From Christensenellaceae bacterium (lineage in GTDB: Bacteria; Bacillota; Clostridia; Christensenellales; CAG-138), in assembly GCA_022510765.1 (NCBI GenBank), contig JAFLSU010000005.1, forward strand, positions 7,310-71,309: a stretch of 64,000 nucleotides of DNA. Direction: 5' to 3'. This document shows positions 54,486 to 64,000 of the stretch, in pieces. Made by a program: the position numbers and the translations under genes. The first letter of the stretch is position 1, and every line of letters begins with the position of its first letter. The notes below the pieces were generated by a model, which had not been told where the DNA came from, did no database searches, and worked only from the letters and a program-made list of their open reading frames with translations.

Positions 54486-54821
54486 TCAGCCCGGAGGCCA
54501 TTGCATACTACGCCCGCCGAGGATATGCATATGCAGATGATTTACGCTCTGCATTCCATCCTTGCCCGTGTTTATTACAACGCGGAAGCCAGTCTCAGCG
54601 ATGCCGAGCTCATTTGCAACACGCTTCACAATTCCCTGCATATAGGCAAAGGTTTCACCGTCAACCTCAAGAATATTGTCAAAATGCTGCTTTGGAATCA
54701 ACAGCACATGCTCAGGTGCCTGCGGATCGATATCCCGAAACGCAAGCACTTTTTCATCCTCGTAAACCTTGTTCGAGGGAATCTCTCCTGCTGCGATTTT
54801 ACAAAAGATACAATTCTCCAT
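54486..54821 (-). CDS. HIT-family (histidine triad) protein
   Basis: 111 aa. MENCIFCKIAAGEIPS... and HLHMHILGG. Confidence 0.92.
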   Translation of the reverse strand: MENCIFCKIAAGEIPSNKVYEDEKVLAFRDIDPQAPEHVLLIPKQHFDNILEVDGETFAYMQGIVKRVANELGIAETGFRVVINTGKDGMQSVNHLHMHILGGRSMQWPPG

Positions 54822-56127
54822 CGTTATCCTCCATAATTCCGTTTATTCTAACGCTCACTATCGAATTGGGCGTTAATTCTTTATTTATCTTTACTGCTGC
54901 GTATGTGTCGGTACAGCCGTAAGAACATCCGTTTTCATTTTTTTCAATCAGCGCCTCCACGGCCTTCCCTACAAAACCCTCAAGGTACTCCCTTTCAAGC
55001 CGTTTTCCGACCGCGATCAGTTCACCTGCCCTGCGGCTCTTTTCGGCGTTTGTTAGCTGCACGGGCAGCCCGTCCGCTTTTGTGCCGCTTCGTCTTGAAT
55101 AAGGAAAGATATGTACCTTAGAAAAGCGAACCTTATCCATGAATTCCATCGTTTCCCCATGCTCCGCCTCGGTTTCTCCTGGAAAACCTGCGATTATATC
55201 GGTCGTAATAGCGGTATCCCTGCCAAAAGCATGACGCAGCTTCGTGCAAAGCGCAAGATACTCTTCGGATGTATAGCCCCTGCGCATACGTTCAAGCACC
55301 GAGTCTGAACCGCTTTGGAGCGAGAGATGAAAGTGCCTGCATATGCGCTCATTTTTGGAAAGAGCCGTGATTATCTCGTCAGTCATCAGATGCGGCTCGA
55401 GCGAACCGAAGCGTATGCGCTTTATGCCGTCCAGGCCATCGAAACGGCGTACCGCATCGACGATGTTCGTTCCATCGCCAAAATCCCGACCGTAGCTCAT
55501 TAGGTGTATGCCCGTCAGCACGACCTCCGCGTAACCCTCGGCATTCAGCTTTTCTGCCTCCGCGCGCACGGACGCAAGACTTCTTGAGCGTATAGCTCCC
55601 CTCGCATACGGTATCGCGCAGTAGGTGCAAAACATATTGCAACCATCCTGTATTTTGAGATATGCTCTTGTGCGCCCCTCGTGTACGGCGCTCATCTCCT
55701 CAAAACTATGCTCACGCATGACATCGCGAACATGAATCTTGACTTTGTGCGGCATTGTTTCTTCGCTGACAAGCTCTGTGCCTGCTTTTTCAAACAAAGA
55801 ATTCACTATCTCGACAATTCGACTTTTATCCGCACTTCCAAGAACCGCGTCCACTCCCATAAGCTGAGCGGCCGCGTCGGGATTCCGCTGAACCCAGCAG
55901 CCAACGGCAACAAGTTTTGCATTTTCGTTCAGCCGATGCGCTCTTGACAGCATCTGCCTTGATTTTCGGTCGGCAATGTTCGTGACCGTGCAGGTGTTCA
56001 CTATTAAGACATCGGCAAGCGCAGGATCATTAACTACTTCGTACCCCGCATTGCTCATAAGCTCCGCCATGGCATCGCTCTCATATTGATTTACCCTGCA
56101 TCCCAGGGTGATAAAGCAGCAGTGCAT
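54799..56127 (-). CDS. mtaB: tRNA threonylcarbamoyladenosine methylthiotransferase MtaB
   Basis: 442 aa. UPF0004 N-terminus (TLGCRVNQYES), radical SAM CNMFCTYCAIP, and a TRAM-like C-terminus. Confidence 0.85.
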   Translation of the reverse strand: MHCCFITLGCRVNQYESDAMAELMSNAGYEVVNDPALADVLIVNTCTVTNIADRKSRQMLSRAHRLNENAKLVAVGCWVQRNPDAAAQLMGVDAVLGSADKSRIVEIVNSLFEKAGTELVSEETMPHKVKIHVRDVMREHSFEEMSAVHEGRTRAYLKIQDGCNMFCTYCAIPYARGAIRSRSLASVRAEAEKLNAEGYAEVVLTGIHLMSYGRDFGDGTNIVDAVRRFDGLDGIKRIRFGSLEPHLMTDEIITALSKNERICRHFHLSLQSGSDSVLERMRRGYTSEEYLALCTKLRHAFGRDTAITTDIIAGFPGETEAEHGETMEFMDKVRFSKVHIFPYSRRSGTKADGLPVQLTNAEKSRRAGELIAVGKRLEREYLEGFVGKAVEALIEKNENGCSYGCTDTYAAVKINKELTPNSIVSVRINGIMEDNDGELYLL

Positions 56128-56855
56128 CAGCCCTCCAGCTCATACATGAGCATTGCAAGCATCGCCATGCCCGCAGTTTCGGTACGGAGTATCCGCTTTC
56201 CCAAGGAAACGGAATGTGCATTTTCGTTTGAACGAAGGATTCTATCAACCTCGTCCCGCTCGAATCCGCCCTCGGGGCCGATGATGATGGCGATATGGCC
56301 CGCTTCCCTGTTTTCACACAAAATGCGCTTGAGAGTTACTTCCTCCTCGTCCTCATATGCAACGAGTACCAAATCAAATTCGGAAAAAGTGCATTCGTTT
56401 AAATCCCGCACCGGCAGCACATCCGGTGCCATGCCTCGCCCGCTCTGCTTAGCCGCCTCATGCGAAACACGGTTATATCGAACGAGCTTATTTTCATTCC
56501 GATCGGGCTTTACCACGCAGCGCTTCGAAAACACCGGACATACAGCATGAACCCCAAGCTCCACGCATTTTTGGATAATGGTTTCAAGCTTTCCAGCCTT
56601 GGGCAGACATTGAAAAAGCGTTACCTTCCGTTCGGGTTCAGAAGTGCAGGGCATCTCATCCACGATCTCAAGCGTGACCTCATCCTCATCCACAGAGACT
56701 ATCTCGGCTGTCAGCTCAGTCCCCATGCCGTTTATAAGGATGAGCCTGTCGCCTTTGCCCATGCGCAGGACTGTCAGCATATGCCTTTTTTCGTCTCCCG
56801 AGAGCAGCACCCGCTGCCCCATCGAGATATTTTTATCAACAAAAAATCTTCTCAT
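56127..56855 (-). CDS. rsmE: 16S rRNA (uracil1498-N3)-methyltransferase
   Basis: 242 aa. MRRFFVDK... and IIIGPEGGF. Confidence 0.88.
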   Translation of the reverse strand: MRRFFVDKNISMGQRVLLSGDEKRHMLTVLRMGKGDRLILINGMGTELTAEIVSVDEDEVTLEIVDEMPCTSEPERKVTLFQCLPKAGKLETIIQKCVELGVHAVCPVFSKRCVVKPDRNENKLVRYNRVSHEAAKQSGRGMAPDVLPVRDLNECTFSEFDLVLVAYEDEEEVTLKRILCENREAGHIAIIIGPEGGFERDEVDRILRSNENAHSVSLGKRILRTETAGMAMLAMLMYELEG

Positions 56856-56892
56856 TTAATGAAAAAAACTTATTATATCGTACAAAATCTAT

Positions 56893-57864
56893 TTATTTCT
56901 TTACCGCAATCAATGCACGCCAATCCTCGCCGCAGCAAACCTCGCACACGGTAAGACCGTTTTCGTCCAGTGCGGAAAGGACCTCATCAAGCCTGTCATC
57001 TATAATGCCCGATGCTATAAATACTCCGCTATCCTTCATCAACTCGGGTATCACCGGCGCAAAAGCGATGATCACGTTTGCAACAATGTTAGCAAGCACA
57101 ATATCATATTTTCTTTCGGCAATATCCTTGCGAAACTCCGCGTCGGACAGGATATCGCCAGTGCGAATGAAGTATTTGTTCATGTCTATACCGTTGAGCT
57201 GCGCATTTTCCGCAGCAACCTTAACCGCAACGGGATCGACATCCACCGCGTATGTCTCGCCTGCGCCCATCAGCGACGCGGCAATGGAAAGTATTCCGCT
57301 CCCACAACCAAGGTCAGCAACGAGATCGCCCGCATTTATCCGCTTTTCGAGCAGCTCAAGGCACATCCTCGTCGTATGATGCGTACCGGTCCCAAATGCC
57401 ATGCCGGGGTCAATCTTAAGCACCGCGCGGGTATTGCCCTCGGGTACTTCCTCCCACGATGGGCAAACGAGCAGCTTTTCGCCTACGGGCATGGGTTTAA
57501 AGTACGCTTTCCAGTTGTTTGCCCAGTCCTCCTCGTTCACCATGCGCACGGATATCTCAAGGCTGCCAAGCTCCATCCCGAGTTCAGGTTCAAGAGCCTT
57601 AAGCTCCTCTATCGACTCGCGAACAGCCTCCTCAATGCTCTCATTTTCCGGGACATCCGAAATATATGCTTGCACGGCAGGCTGTTTATTTAGAGCGGCT
57701 TCCTCGGCATAATCCCAGTATTTTTCGGTTTTATGCAGCAACACGTCTATCTCATCATGCCCCTGCACTATATTGATCTGGGATATGCCCAGAATATCGA
57801 GACGGGCGATGACTATTTCCGTACCCTCCTCGGTGGTGTATATCGTTATCTCCTTCCACTGCAT
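56893..57864 (-). CDS. prmA: ribosomal protein L11 methyltransferase
   Basis: 323 aa. MQWKEITIYTT..., FGTGTHHTT and DLGCGSGIL. Confidence 0.9.
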   Translation of the reverse strand: MQWKEITIYTTEEGTEIVIARLDILGISQINIVQGHDEIDVLLHKTEKYWDYAEEAALNKQPAVQAYISDVPENESIEEAVRESIEELKALEPELGMELGSLEISVRMVNEEDWANNWKAYFKPMPVGEKLLVCPSWEEVPEGNTRAVLKIDPGMAFGTGTHHTTRMCLELLEKRINAGDLVADLGCGSGILSIAASLMGAGETYAVDVDPVAVKVAAENAQLNGIDMNKYFIRTGDILSDAEFRKDIAERKYDIVLANIVANVIIAFAPVIPELMKDSGVFIASGIIDDRLDEVLSALDENGLTVCEVCCGEDWRALIAVKK

Positions 57865-58021
57865 AGAAGTACCTCCGCTTTGGGTTTATTATTATATCAA
57901 TGGTATAGAGTTTCCAGCGGGAAAGCTTTGCCATCGAGTCATTATACCATTAAAACCGAACAATGAAAATAAATTTATGTATTTTCATTATTCCCAGCGT
58001 TTTATAAATTAAAGCCGCACC

Positions 58022-60619
58022 TCATCCAAAGATCACGCTGCCGAACGTATACACAAAGAACGCAGCAAGATATGCGATCGCAATTTGGAATGCAACAGCA
58101 AAAAGCGTATATTTGCGGCTCCCAAGCTCCCTTCTCATGGTGGCTACGGCCGCCACACAGGGGGTATAGAGCGAAACGAACACAAGGAAGGAATATGCGC
58201 TGATGGGAGTGAAAAGCGTGCCGAGCGCAGCAGCAGCCGTTCCGGCCGTCAGGGTTGAACCTACGAGCACGCTCATCGTTGAAACGATGCTCTCCTTTGC
58301 AACAAAGCCGGTTAGGAGCGCGACGACCGCCATCCATGAGCCAAATCCAAGGGGTTTGAACAGGAACGCCGCTGCGCCGCCTATTCGCCCAAGGATGCTG
58401 TTTTCCACATGCTCACCAACGGGCGCAAGTGTGAAACTGAAATTCATGAGAACCCAAACGACTATGCTCATCACAAAGATCAACGTACCCGCTTTCACAA
58501 GAAAATGCTTCACTCTCTCCCACACATGGAGCATGGTATCTTTTAATTTAGGGAGTCTGTAATCGGGAAGTTCAAGCATGAACACCGCTTCGTTGGATTT
58601 GAAAATAATGTTCTTGAATATGATGCCAAACACCATTGCCAAAAGTATGCCAAGAAGATAGAGACTCAATACGACGAGCGTGCTTCCCTTTGAAAAGAAT
58701 GCACCCGCTATCAGAGCATAAACGGGCAGCTTCGCAGAACAGCTCATGAACGGAAGCAGCAGGATCGTGCTTCTTTTATCCCTCATATTCTCCATCGTCC
58801 TTGCAGCCATCGTCGCTGGGACGGTGCAGCCAAAGCCCATAAGCATCGGGATGAAGCTCTTGCCGCTGAGCCCTAAATTCCGCATCGGCCTATCCATAAT
58901 AAACGCGATGCGGCTCATGTATCCGCTGTCCTCAAGCAGCGATAGACAGAGAAACAGAATAGCTATCTCGGGAAGAAAGGTGACAACACCGCCCACCCCC
59001 GCGAGGATACCGTCGCAAATCAAGCTCACTAACCATTCCGACACCGAAATGTCCGTGAGCGCCGAACCTACCGCAGGAATCGTTATGTCGAAGATCAGGT
59101 TCTCCATCAGCCCTTTTAGCCATGCGCCGAGTGTTCCAAAGGTCAAGGTGAACACCGCCGCCATTAGCAGAATGAAGATGGGCATCGCAAGGAATTTGTT
59201 TGTCAATACTCGATCGATCCTATCCGAAAGCGTTGGCTCGTCCGAACTCCGACCGCGCTTAAGCACCTTTCCCACGACCTCGGTAATATAGCGATACCTG
59301 TTGTCGGCAAGCATCGATGCGGAATTTGCGAAGCTGCTTCCCGATGCGGCCGCGTACTCATCCGAAATCGCATGAACGGCTTTGCGCACGTTTTCCGGAA
59401 GCTTTAGAGCGGCAGCGGCAGGCTCATCGCCCTCAAGCAGCTTTATGCTCACCCAATGCACAGGAAGACCCGCCTCCTGAGCATACTTTTCGACAAGCTC
59501 TCCCACCCTATGATGCATTGCATGAGTGTAATCATCGTACAGGTGGTCGGGTTCAAGTTTAAACCCCTCATGGGATTGTGCGTGCGCGGTATTCAAAATG
59601 ATTCGTGACTGCGATATAAGATCGTCTATGCCCATGCCGGTTCTCGCACTGATGGGTATAACAGGGATACCAAGTTCCTTTGATAATGCGGCGCAATCGA
59701 TGCTGTCTCCGCGTTTGCGCACCTCATCCATCATATTTAGTGCAATTACCATCGGACGCTCCAGCTCCAAAAGCTGAACTGTCAGGTACAGATTGCGTTC
59801 AAGATTGGTTGCGTCGATTATATTTATTATTGCGTCGGGCTTCTCAGTTAGTATATATTGCCTTGCGATACGCTCCTCCATACCGAACGGAGAAAGCGAA
59901 TATATGCCCGGAAGATCGACAAGGATGATGTCGTGACCCTCGGTGTCGAGTCCGTTTTCATCGGCTTTTATGGACTTAACCCTGCCTTCCTTTTTCTCAA
60001 CCGTCACGCCTGCCCAGTTGCCGACATACTCGCGTTCGCCGGTCATTGCGTTAAACAACGTGGTCTTTCCGCAGTTAGGGTTGCCAACCAGCGCAAGGCG
60101 TGCGCTTTCCGGTTTGTTTTGGAGCGCGTTTTTCTCGGTTTTTTTGCCGTTTTCCAGCTCAACGGGTTTGAAAATCGCTTTAATACAGCTCTTTCTACAG
60201 TCAGAGCATGTGTTTTTCGCGCAGCATGAGGCTTTAAGAATGCTGTTGGTTATGCGCCCTGCGCGCTCATGTACCTCATCATCCTCCCTGTCCGAGTGAC
60301 GCACGGTACGCATTATCTGCCTGCCCTTTTCTTCATATTGGTTTCTTGCCGCAATGGACGATGCCACGGAATGCAGACTCTCCCTTTCATCCATAAGCTC
60401 TATCGCGGCCGCATCCGCTTTGCGCAGCGAGAGCGAATATCCACGCAGGTGCAACTCCATTGGATCCCCCATCGGGGCAAATTTTACGAGCCGCACCTCT
60501 GTACCCGGCGTAAGCCCCATATCCGTGAGCTTTCGCATAAGGCGTTCATCGTCCGTAACGATGCGCCTGATTCTTCCGTTTTGATTGATCTTTAAGTTAT
60601 CAAGTCGTTTGACTTCCAT
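58022..60619 (-). CDS. feoB: fused FeoA / Cys-rich linker / FeoB ferrous iron transporter
   Basis: Track ORF 58022..60631 starts on TTG. ATG 60619 lies 7 nt after GAGG. The first ~75 aa form a FeoA domain (GRIRRIVTDDERLMRKLTDMGLTPGTEVRLVKFAPMGDPMELHLRGYSLSLRKADA). A linker of about 110 aa contains CCAKNTCSDCRKSC. Then comes the G domain (GNPNCGKTTLFNAMTG) and the membrane domain. Confidence 0.9.
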   Translation of the reverse strand: MEVKRLDNLKINQNGRIRRIVTDDERLMRKLTDMGLTPGTEVRLVKFAPMGDPMELHLRGYSLSLRKADAAAIELMDERESLHSVASSIAARNQYEEKGRQIMRTVRHSDREDDEVHERAGRITNSILKASCCAKNTCSDCRKSCIKAIFKPVELENGKKTEKNALQNKPESARLALVGNPNCGKTTLFNAMTGEREYVGNWAGVTVEKKEGRVKSIKADENGLDTEGHDIILVDLPGIYSLSPFGMEERIARQYILTEKPDAIINIIDATNLERNLYLTVQLLELERPMVIALNMMDEVRKRGDSIDCAALSKELGIPVIPISARTGMGIDDLISQSRIILNTAHAQSHEGFKLEPDHLYDDYTHAMHHRVGELVEKYAQEAGLPVHWVSIKLLEGDEPAAAALKLPENVRKAVHAISDEYAAASGSSFANSASMLADNRYRYITEVVGKVLKRGRSSDEPTLSDRIDRVLTNKFLAMPIFILLMAAVFTLTFGTLGAWLKGLMENLIFDITIPAVGSALTDISVSEWLVSLICDGILAGVGGVVTFLPEIAILFLCLSLLEDSGYMSRIAFIMDRPMRNLGLSGKSFIPMLMGFGCTVPATMAARTMENMRDKRSTILLLPFMSCSAKLPVYALIAGAFFSKGSTLVVLSLYLLGILLAMVFGIIFKNIIFKSNEAVFMLELPDYRLPKLKDTMLHVWERVKHFLVKAGTLIFVMSIVVWVLMNFSFTLAPVGEHVENSILGRIGGAAAFLFKPLGFGSWMAVVALLTGFVAKESIVSTMSVLVGSTLTAGTAAAALGTLFTPISAYSFLVFVSLYTPCVAAVATMRRELGSRKYTLFAVAFQIAIAYLAAFFVYTFGSVIFG

Positions 60620-60629
60620 ATCGTACCTC

Positions 60630-60671
60630 AATGCTGTATGAATGCTTGTACTAAAGCATATTTACAGCATT
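60630..60671 (-). other. long imperfect hairpin in the 5' UTR of the fused feoAB gene
   Basis: Minus strand AATGCTGTAAATATGCTT-tagtac-AAGCATTCATACAGCATT, ending immediately before the GAGG RBS. Confidence 0.5.
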
Positions 60672-60691
60672 AACATATTAGTCCATTTAAT

Positions 60692-60719
60692 ATTATAAGT
60701 ATGTTTGTATGGTTGTCAA
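60692..60719 (-). promoter_or_regulatory. candidate promoter of the fused feoAB gene
   Basis: Minus strand TTGACA (60714-60719), 16 nt spacer, TATAAT (60692-60697). Confidence 0.45.
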
Positions 60720-60930
60720 TCTTGAGTGCGGTATATACCAATTGTTATATACCGAATGAATGCTCCAAAAACACCTTCCTTAGACTTTGATTAAATTTTT
60801 CTTGCAGCGGTCACAAAAAGATGGTACAGTAGTGACGTGGTGCAAAATGCTTACATGAGAAAAGATTTAATTCGAAAGCCCTCGTTCGAAGCATAAGCGC
60901 CGATTCTTGTATGTGAAAGCTACGGAAGCA

Positions 60931-62076
60931 ATGGACACTATCAGAGAATTTATTGACAACGCAATAGCAAATGGTGCTTATAAGCTCGTGTTGAGCGACG
61001 CAAAGAATGGTGCAGAATATCGAAAGGTAACTGTAACTCGGCTTGACAACGAATACTTCATTGAAAAGTTGACCGAGAAACAGGCGTTTCATGCTCATAT
61101 TGCGCTTGAATCTGCTGCAAAAGAGTTAGAAAGCCTTTTCTCGGGATTTTCGCAGATCAATGCATGGAATGAGAGTTTTGAATTTACCGCAAGGCTGAGC
61201 AAGAAGGGCAGACTGCTCACCGGGCGCCATGCCTGTGCTAAAGTTCCGACGCGTGCCGAAGGACAGAATCGCGCCAAGACCTATCTGCTCGAAGAAAAGC
61301 GCATAGTTCCCCCTCTGGTCGACATGGGTGTAATGACGCCGTCGGGTGAGATTAAAAAGGCGATGTACGATAAATTCAAGCAAATAAATCGGTTTTTGGA
61401 ATTTATCGATGAAATAATTAAGGATCATTCGCTTGAAACGCTGAATATCATCGATTTTGGCTGCGGTAAATCATATCTTACCTTCATCGTTTACTATTAT
61501 TTTACCGAAATTCGGCATATGCGCATAAACATGACAGGGGTTGATCTTAAAGCGGATGTGATTGAATTCTGCTCGTCCCTATCTGAAAAATATGGATACT
61601 CCAACCTGAAATTTGTTATGGGCGATATAGCGAATTTCAGGGATGGAGAACCAATCGACATGGTGATCTCTCTCCACGCATGCGATACCGCGACCGACTA
61701 CGCCATCTATAACGCGATCAAGCGCAACGCAAAATTTATCCTGTCTGTTCCCTGCTGCCAGCACGAGCTTGCAAAGTCGGCAGACCTTTCCGCCATGCCG
61801 GTATTCGATGATGACGGGATACTGCGCGAGCGAGTATCCGCGTTGCTTACTGACGGACTGCGCGGGCAGCTCATCACCGCCTGCGGGTATAAGACACGGC
61901 TTATGGAGTTCGTGGATTTGAGCCATACGCCAAAGAATCTGCTTATCCGCGCGCGGAAAACGACTTTGCCCGAGGAAACCCGACTTTGTGCGCTCGAGAC
62001 CGCCGAAAGTACTCTAAAGCTGCTCGGTACGGAACAAACACTGCATCGGCTGCTTAAGTCTGACGGGATCATTTAA
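60931..62076 (+). CDS. class I SAM-dependent methyltransferase
   Basis: Motif I IIDFGCGKSYL and post-I VDLK. Start MDTIREF at 60931 within track ORF 60907..62076 (TTG). Confidence 0.75.
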   Translation: MDTIREFIDNAIANGAYKLVLSDAKNGAEYRKVTVTRLDNEYFIEKLTEKQAFHAHIALESAAKELESLFSGFSQINAWNESFEFTARLSKKGRLLTGRHACAKVPTRAEGQNRAKTYLLEEKRIVPPLVDMGVMTPSGEIKKAMYDKFKQINRFLEFIDEIIKDHSLETLNIIDFGCGKSYLTFIVYYYFTEIRHMRINMTGVDLKADVIEFCSSLSEKYGYSNLKFVMGDIANFRDGEPIDMVISLHACDTATDYAIYNAIKRNAKFILSVPCCQHELAKSADLSAMPVFDDDGILRERVSALLTDGLRGQLITACGYKTRLMEFVDLSHTPKNLLIRARKTTLPEETRLCALETAESTLKLLGTEQTLHRLLKSDGII

Positions 62077-62326
62077 CAATGGGATGACGGGTAAGTCGTC
62101 GGATGATACTAATTAAACCCAGCCTAAAAGGCTCTCTCTCTGCTTTCCTGAAAAAAGTGTCCGGCGCAAAATCCTAAAACCTGATAGGCAGAGGAAATCA
62201 TCCCCACCGCCATACCCAGCTTGTGTGAAGAGCGTTAACCAGCCACTTTGCCACGAGGGTTACACCGTGGTATCCGCCGCGCTCGTACTCCTTGAGGAAA
62301 TAGAATCGGTCGTTTCAAAATATACA

Positions 62327-62369
62327 TAAAAGCTTTCCCGGTGAAGGAATAATCACCGGGAAAGCTTTT
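62327..62369. terminator. bidirectional terminator
   Basis: AAAAGCTTTCCCGGTGA-aggaataa-TCACCGGGAAAGCTTTT. Confidence 0.75.
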
Positions 62370-62442
62370 CATATTATGGCTCAATGTCAATTGTTGGAGT
62401 TAAGCCGATTTAATGGTGCTGCATGCAAGAAAGCAGTTCAAC

Positions 62443-64000
62443 TCATGCATTGTTTCGTCTTCTTGTGCCCACGAGGAACATGAGTGCGGCCGCGCAGAGC
62501 ATCAGCGCCACGCCCGGCAGCCAGAGGCCAATTGTGCCAGCGCCGCCCGTGCCGGGCAGTTCTACCAGCTTCTCGTTGACAAACCGTGCCGTGGGAACGG
62601 TGGGTTCCGTGCCGGATACAGACTCTGTGATCGTTCCTTCGGTATTCTCCGACTTTTTCAGGTAATAGTCGTTCTCTACGACTTCTTCGACCTTATACTT
62701 TGTTCCATATGGCAACTCCGTGATGTTGATGCCCTGTCCGTGCTTGAGGGTCACCGTTGCAGTGCCGACCCAGTGGCCTTTCGATTCTTTCCACTCTACA
62801 TGCAGCTTGCCTTCTTCAGGTGCGGTCACTTTATTGTTGAAGTCCACACCGGAAATGACATAGCCAGTATAGGTGAAATCATTCGGCAGGTCATCACCAT
62901 CCGTTACTTTATCGTAAACATCAGGCAGGGTCAGCGTCACTGTGAAAGTGAACTCGTCCGTAAGAAGGCTTTCGGTCACCGCGTCGACAGTTATTTCGAT
63001 ATTCAGCTGGCCATTCTCATCAACTTTGCGGTTAAAGTAGTGCTTCTCGGAGGTCACGGGACTGCTGGAGGTTTTACCGTTGACGGCGTAAGTCCAATCA
63101 CTACCAGTCTCATCTTTAATCAAAGTTGTATCCTCAGTGCCGCCGTTCGTTTTAGCATCCTTGAATTCCCATTTGTCCTCAATTTGACCCGCCTTCAGGA
63201 TCTCCTTCACGGTATACTTCACATCCGAATCCAAATTGTTGAACAGCAGACCATCGCCGTGTTTCAGGGAAAACGTGCCAACACCGCTATCGTCGAAATC
63301 AACAGGGGTGGTCAAATAGGTGGTCCTGCCATTGTAGTACAATTCAACCTCATGCCCAATGGCGTTGTCCCATTCAACCTTGCCGACCGGAAATTCAACA
63401 ACGGAACCAAAAGTGCTATACGTTTGGCTATAGTCACTATCCGCACTATAGTCATTAACAGGCACCAGGTATGCCTTCTCCACCGTAATGGCGTCCGGCA
63501 GGGTGTTCTTACCGGAATTTGAAGTAAACACCGTATGCGTAAACTCGCTGTCTGTCAGGTTATCATCGCCGACGTAAACGTAGTAGATGTAGCTACTTTC
63601 CAGTTGCTCGTCAGTTACATTTTCATCTGGTCGGTTGCCATCAATATCCACCCGGACCAGCTCGCCGGAGACATCCCGCAACAGACCTTGGTTGTTGGTG
63701 AGCAACTCCACCGTATCGGCCCGCGCGCGCCATTTGTTTGTTGCCGCATCCGGATGCCGAATCACCCGGATGGCCTGGACCGTCATACCTTGATAGACAT
63801 TGCTTCCACTCTGATTTACTAACGTAATGGTGAACTGGAACAGAGTATCTTTGTACTCTTCTTCCAAGTCCTGCACCGTCTTGGTGACAAGCACCTGGGT
63901 ATCGGTTACCTCCAGGCGGCCGTTGTTGCCCATGTAGTTGTTAATGACAGTGCTGCTCGCGTCAGCGCCGGTGCTGCTACTGATGGTGGGCAGATAGTAG
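62443..64000 (-). CDS. LPXTG-anchored isopeptide-domain (pilin/adhesin-like) surface protein, C-terminal part (N-terminus beyond window end)
   Basis: The C-terminus LPGTGGAGTIGLWLPGVALMLCAAALMFLVGTRRRNNA is a sortase signal. Repeated Ig-like modules end in ...LKHGQGINITELPYGTKYKVEEV / ...LKHGDGLLFNNLDSDVKYTVKEI. The frame stays open upstream of the track Met (63933) to position 64000. Confidence 0.85.
   Translation of the reverse strand, partial: YYLPTISSSTGADASSTVINNYMGNNGRLEVTDTQVLVTKTVQDLEEEYKDTLFQFTITLVNQSGSNVYQGMTVQAIRVIRHPDAATNKWRARADTVELLTNNQGLLRDVSGELVRVDIDGNRPDENVTDEQLESSYIYYVYVGDDNLTDSEFTHTVFTSNSGKNTLPDAITVEKAYLVPVNDYSADSDYSQTYSTFGSVVEFPVGKVEWDNAIGHEVELYYNGRTTYLTTPVDFDDSGVGTFSLKHGDGLLFNNLDSDVKYTVKEILKAGQIEDKWEFKDAKTNGGTEDTTLIKDETGSDWTYAVNGKTSSSPVTSEKHYFNRKVDENGQLNIEITVDAVTESLLTDEFTFTVTLTLPDVYDKVTDGDDLPNDFTYTGYVISGVDFNNKVTAPEEGKLHVEWKESKGHWVGTATVTLKHGQGINITELPYGTKYKVEEVVENDYYLKKSENTEGTITESVSGTEPTVPTARFVNEKLVELPGTGGAGTIGLWLPGVALMLCAAALMFLVGTRRRNNA

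Noticed and set aside
62413-63522. 369-aa plus-strand ORF opposite the LPXTG protein gene
   Set aside because: It is an antisense shadow ORF. The minus-strand frame has the sortase signal and repeated Ig-like modules. The plus-strand product has no features and starts inside the terminator region.
1-64000. CRISPR arrays, rRNA genes, large defence-system genes (helicase/nuclease/ATPase clusters), prophage structural modules
   Set aside because: I looked for regularly spaced direct repeats and for large unexplained ORFs on both strands and found none. All ORFs over 300 aa are accounted for by housekeeping, metabolic or transport functions.

Overview
This looks like a chromosomal segment from an anaerobic Firmicute (Clostridia-type gene content). 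I cannot name the species. All calls come from reading the sequence and ORF translations by eye; no searches were run.

Core content, in order:
- pheS/pheT behind a Phe T-box leader.
- A feoA-feoA-feoB operon with a small Cys-rich membrane peptide and a DUF2325/DUF3793 pair.
- A tRNA-Arg(CCT) locus.
- An ArsR/CadC-type regulator with a Cd/Zn-type P-type ATPase.
- bcd-etfB-etfA.
- Carbamate kinase.
- A complete citrate lyase set (citD, citE, citF, citC, fused citXG), then murI.
- An IS5-family insertion sequence, then yhaM.
- A lysine-fermentation operon (kal-kce-kdd-kamA-kamD-kamE) behind a lysine riboswitch.
- Glycerate kinase, clpC, rodA, pgi, mtaB, rsmE and prmA.
- A second Feo system, fused as FeoA-FeoB.
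- A methyltransferase and an LPXTG pilin-like protein that runs off the window end.

Observations I consider most worth follow-up:
1. A second tRNA-Arg(CCT) gene appears split at its anticodon loop by about 5.9 kb of AT-rich, heavily decayed accessory DNA (7496-13428). The insert carries an intact replacement tRNA-Arg(CCT) at its left edge.
2. Inside that island, an unannotated 44-codon hydrophobic Cys-containing peptide gene sits upstream of a broken small gene and an ABC ATPase/permease pair. This could be a bacteriocin- or RiPP-like remnant.
3. A lysine riboswitch sits in front of a lysine catabolic operon, so its regulatory logic needs testing.
4. A DUF2325/DUF3793 pair follows the feo operon, and the DUF3793 gene has an in-frame TGA where I recall a conserved Gly.
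5. DtxR/IdeR-like iron boxes occur in the first feo operon, and the second Feo system is a FeoA / Cys-rich linker / FeoB fusion.

I found no CRISPR array, no rRNA and no recognisable multi-gene defence system. I cannot claim a clearly new system from sequence alone.
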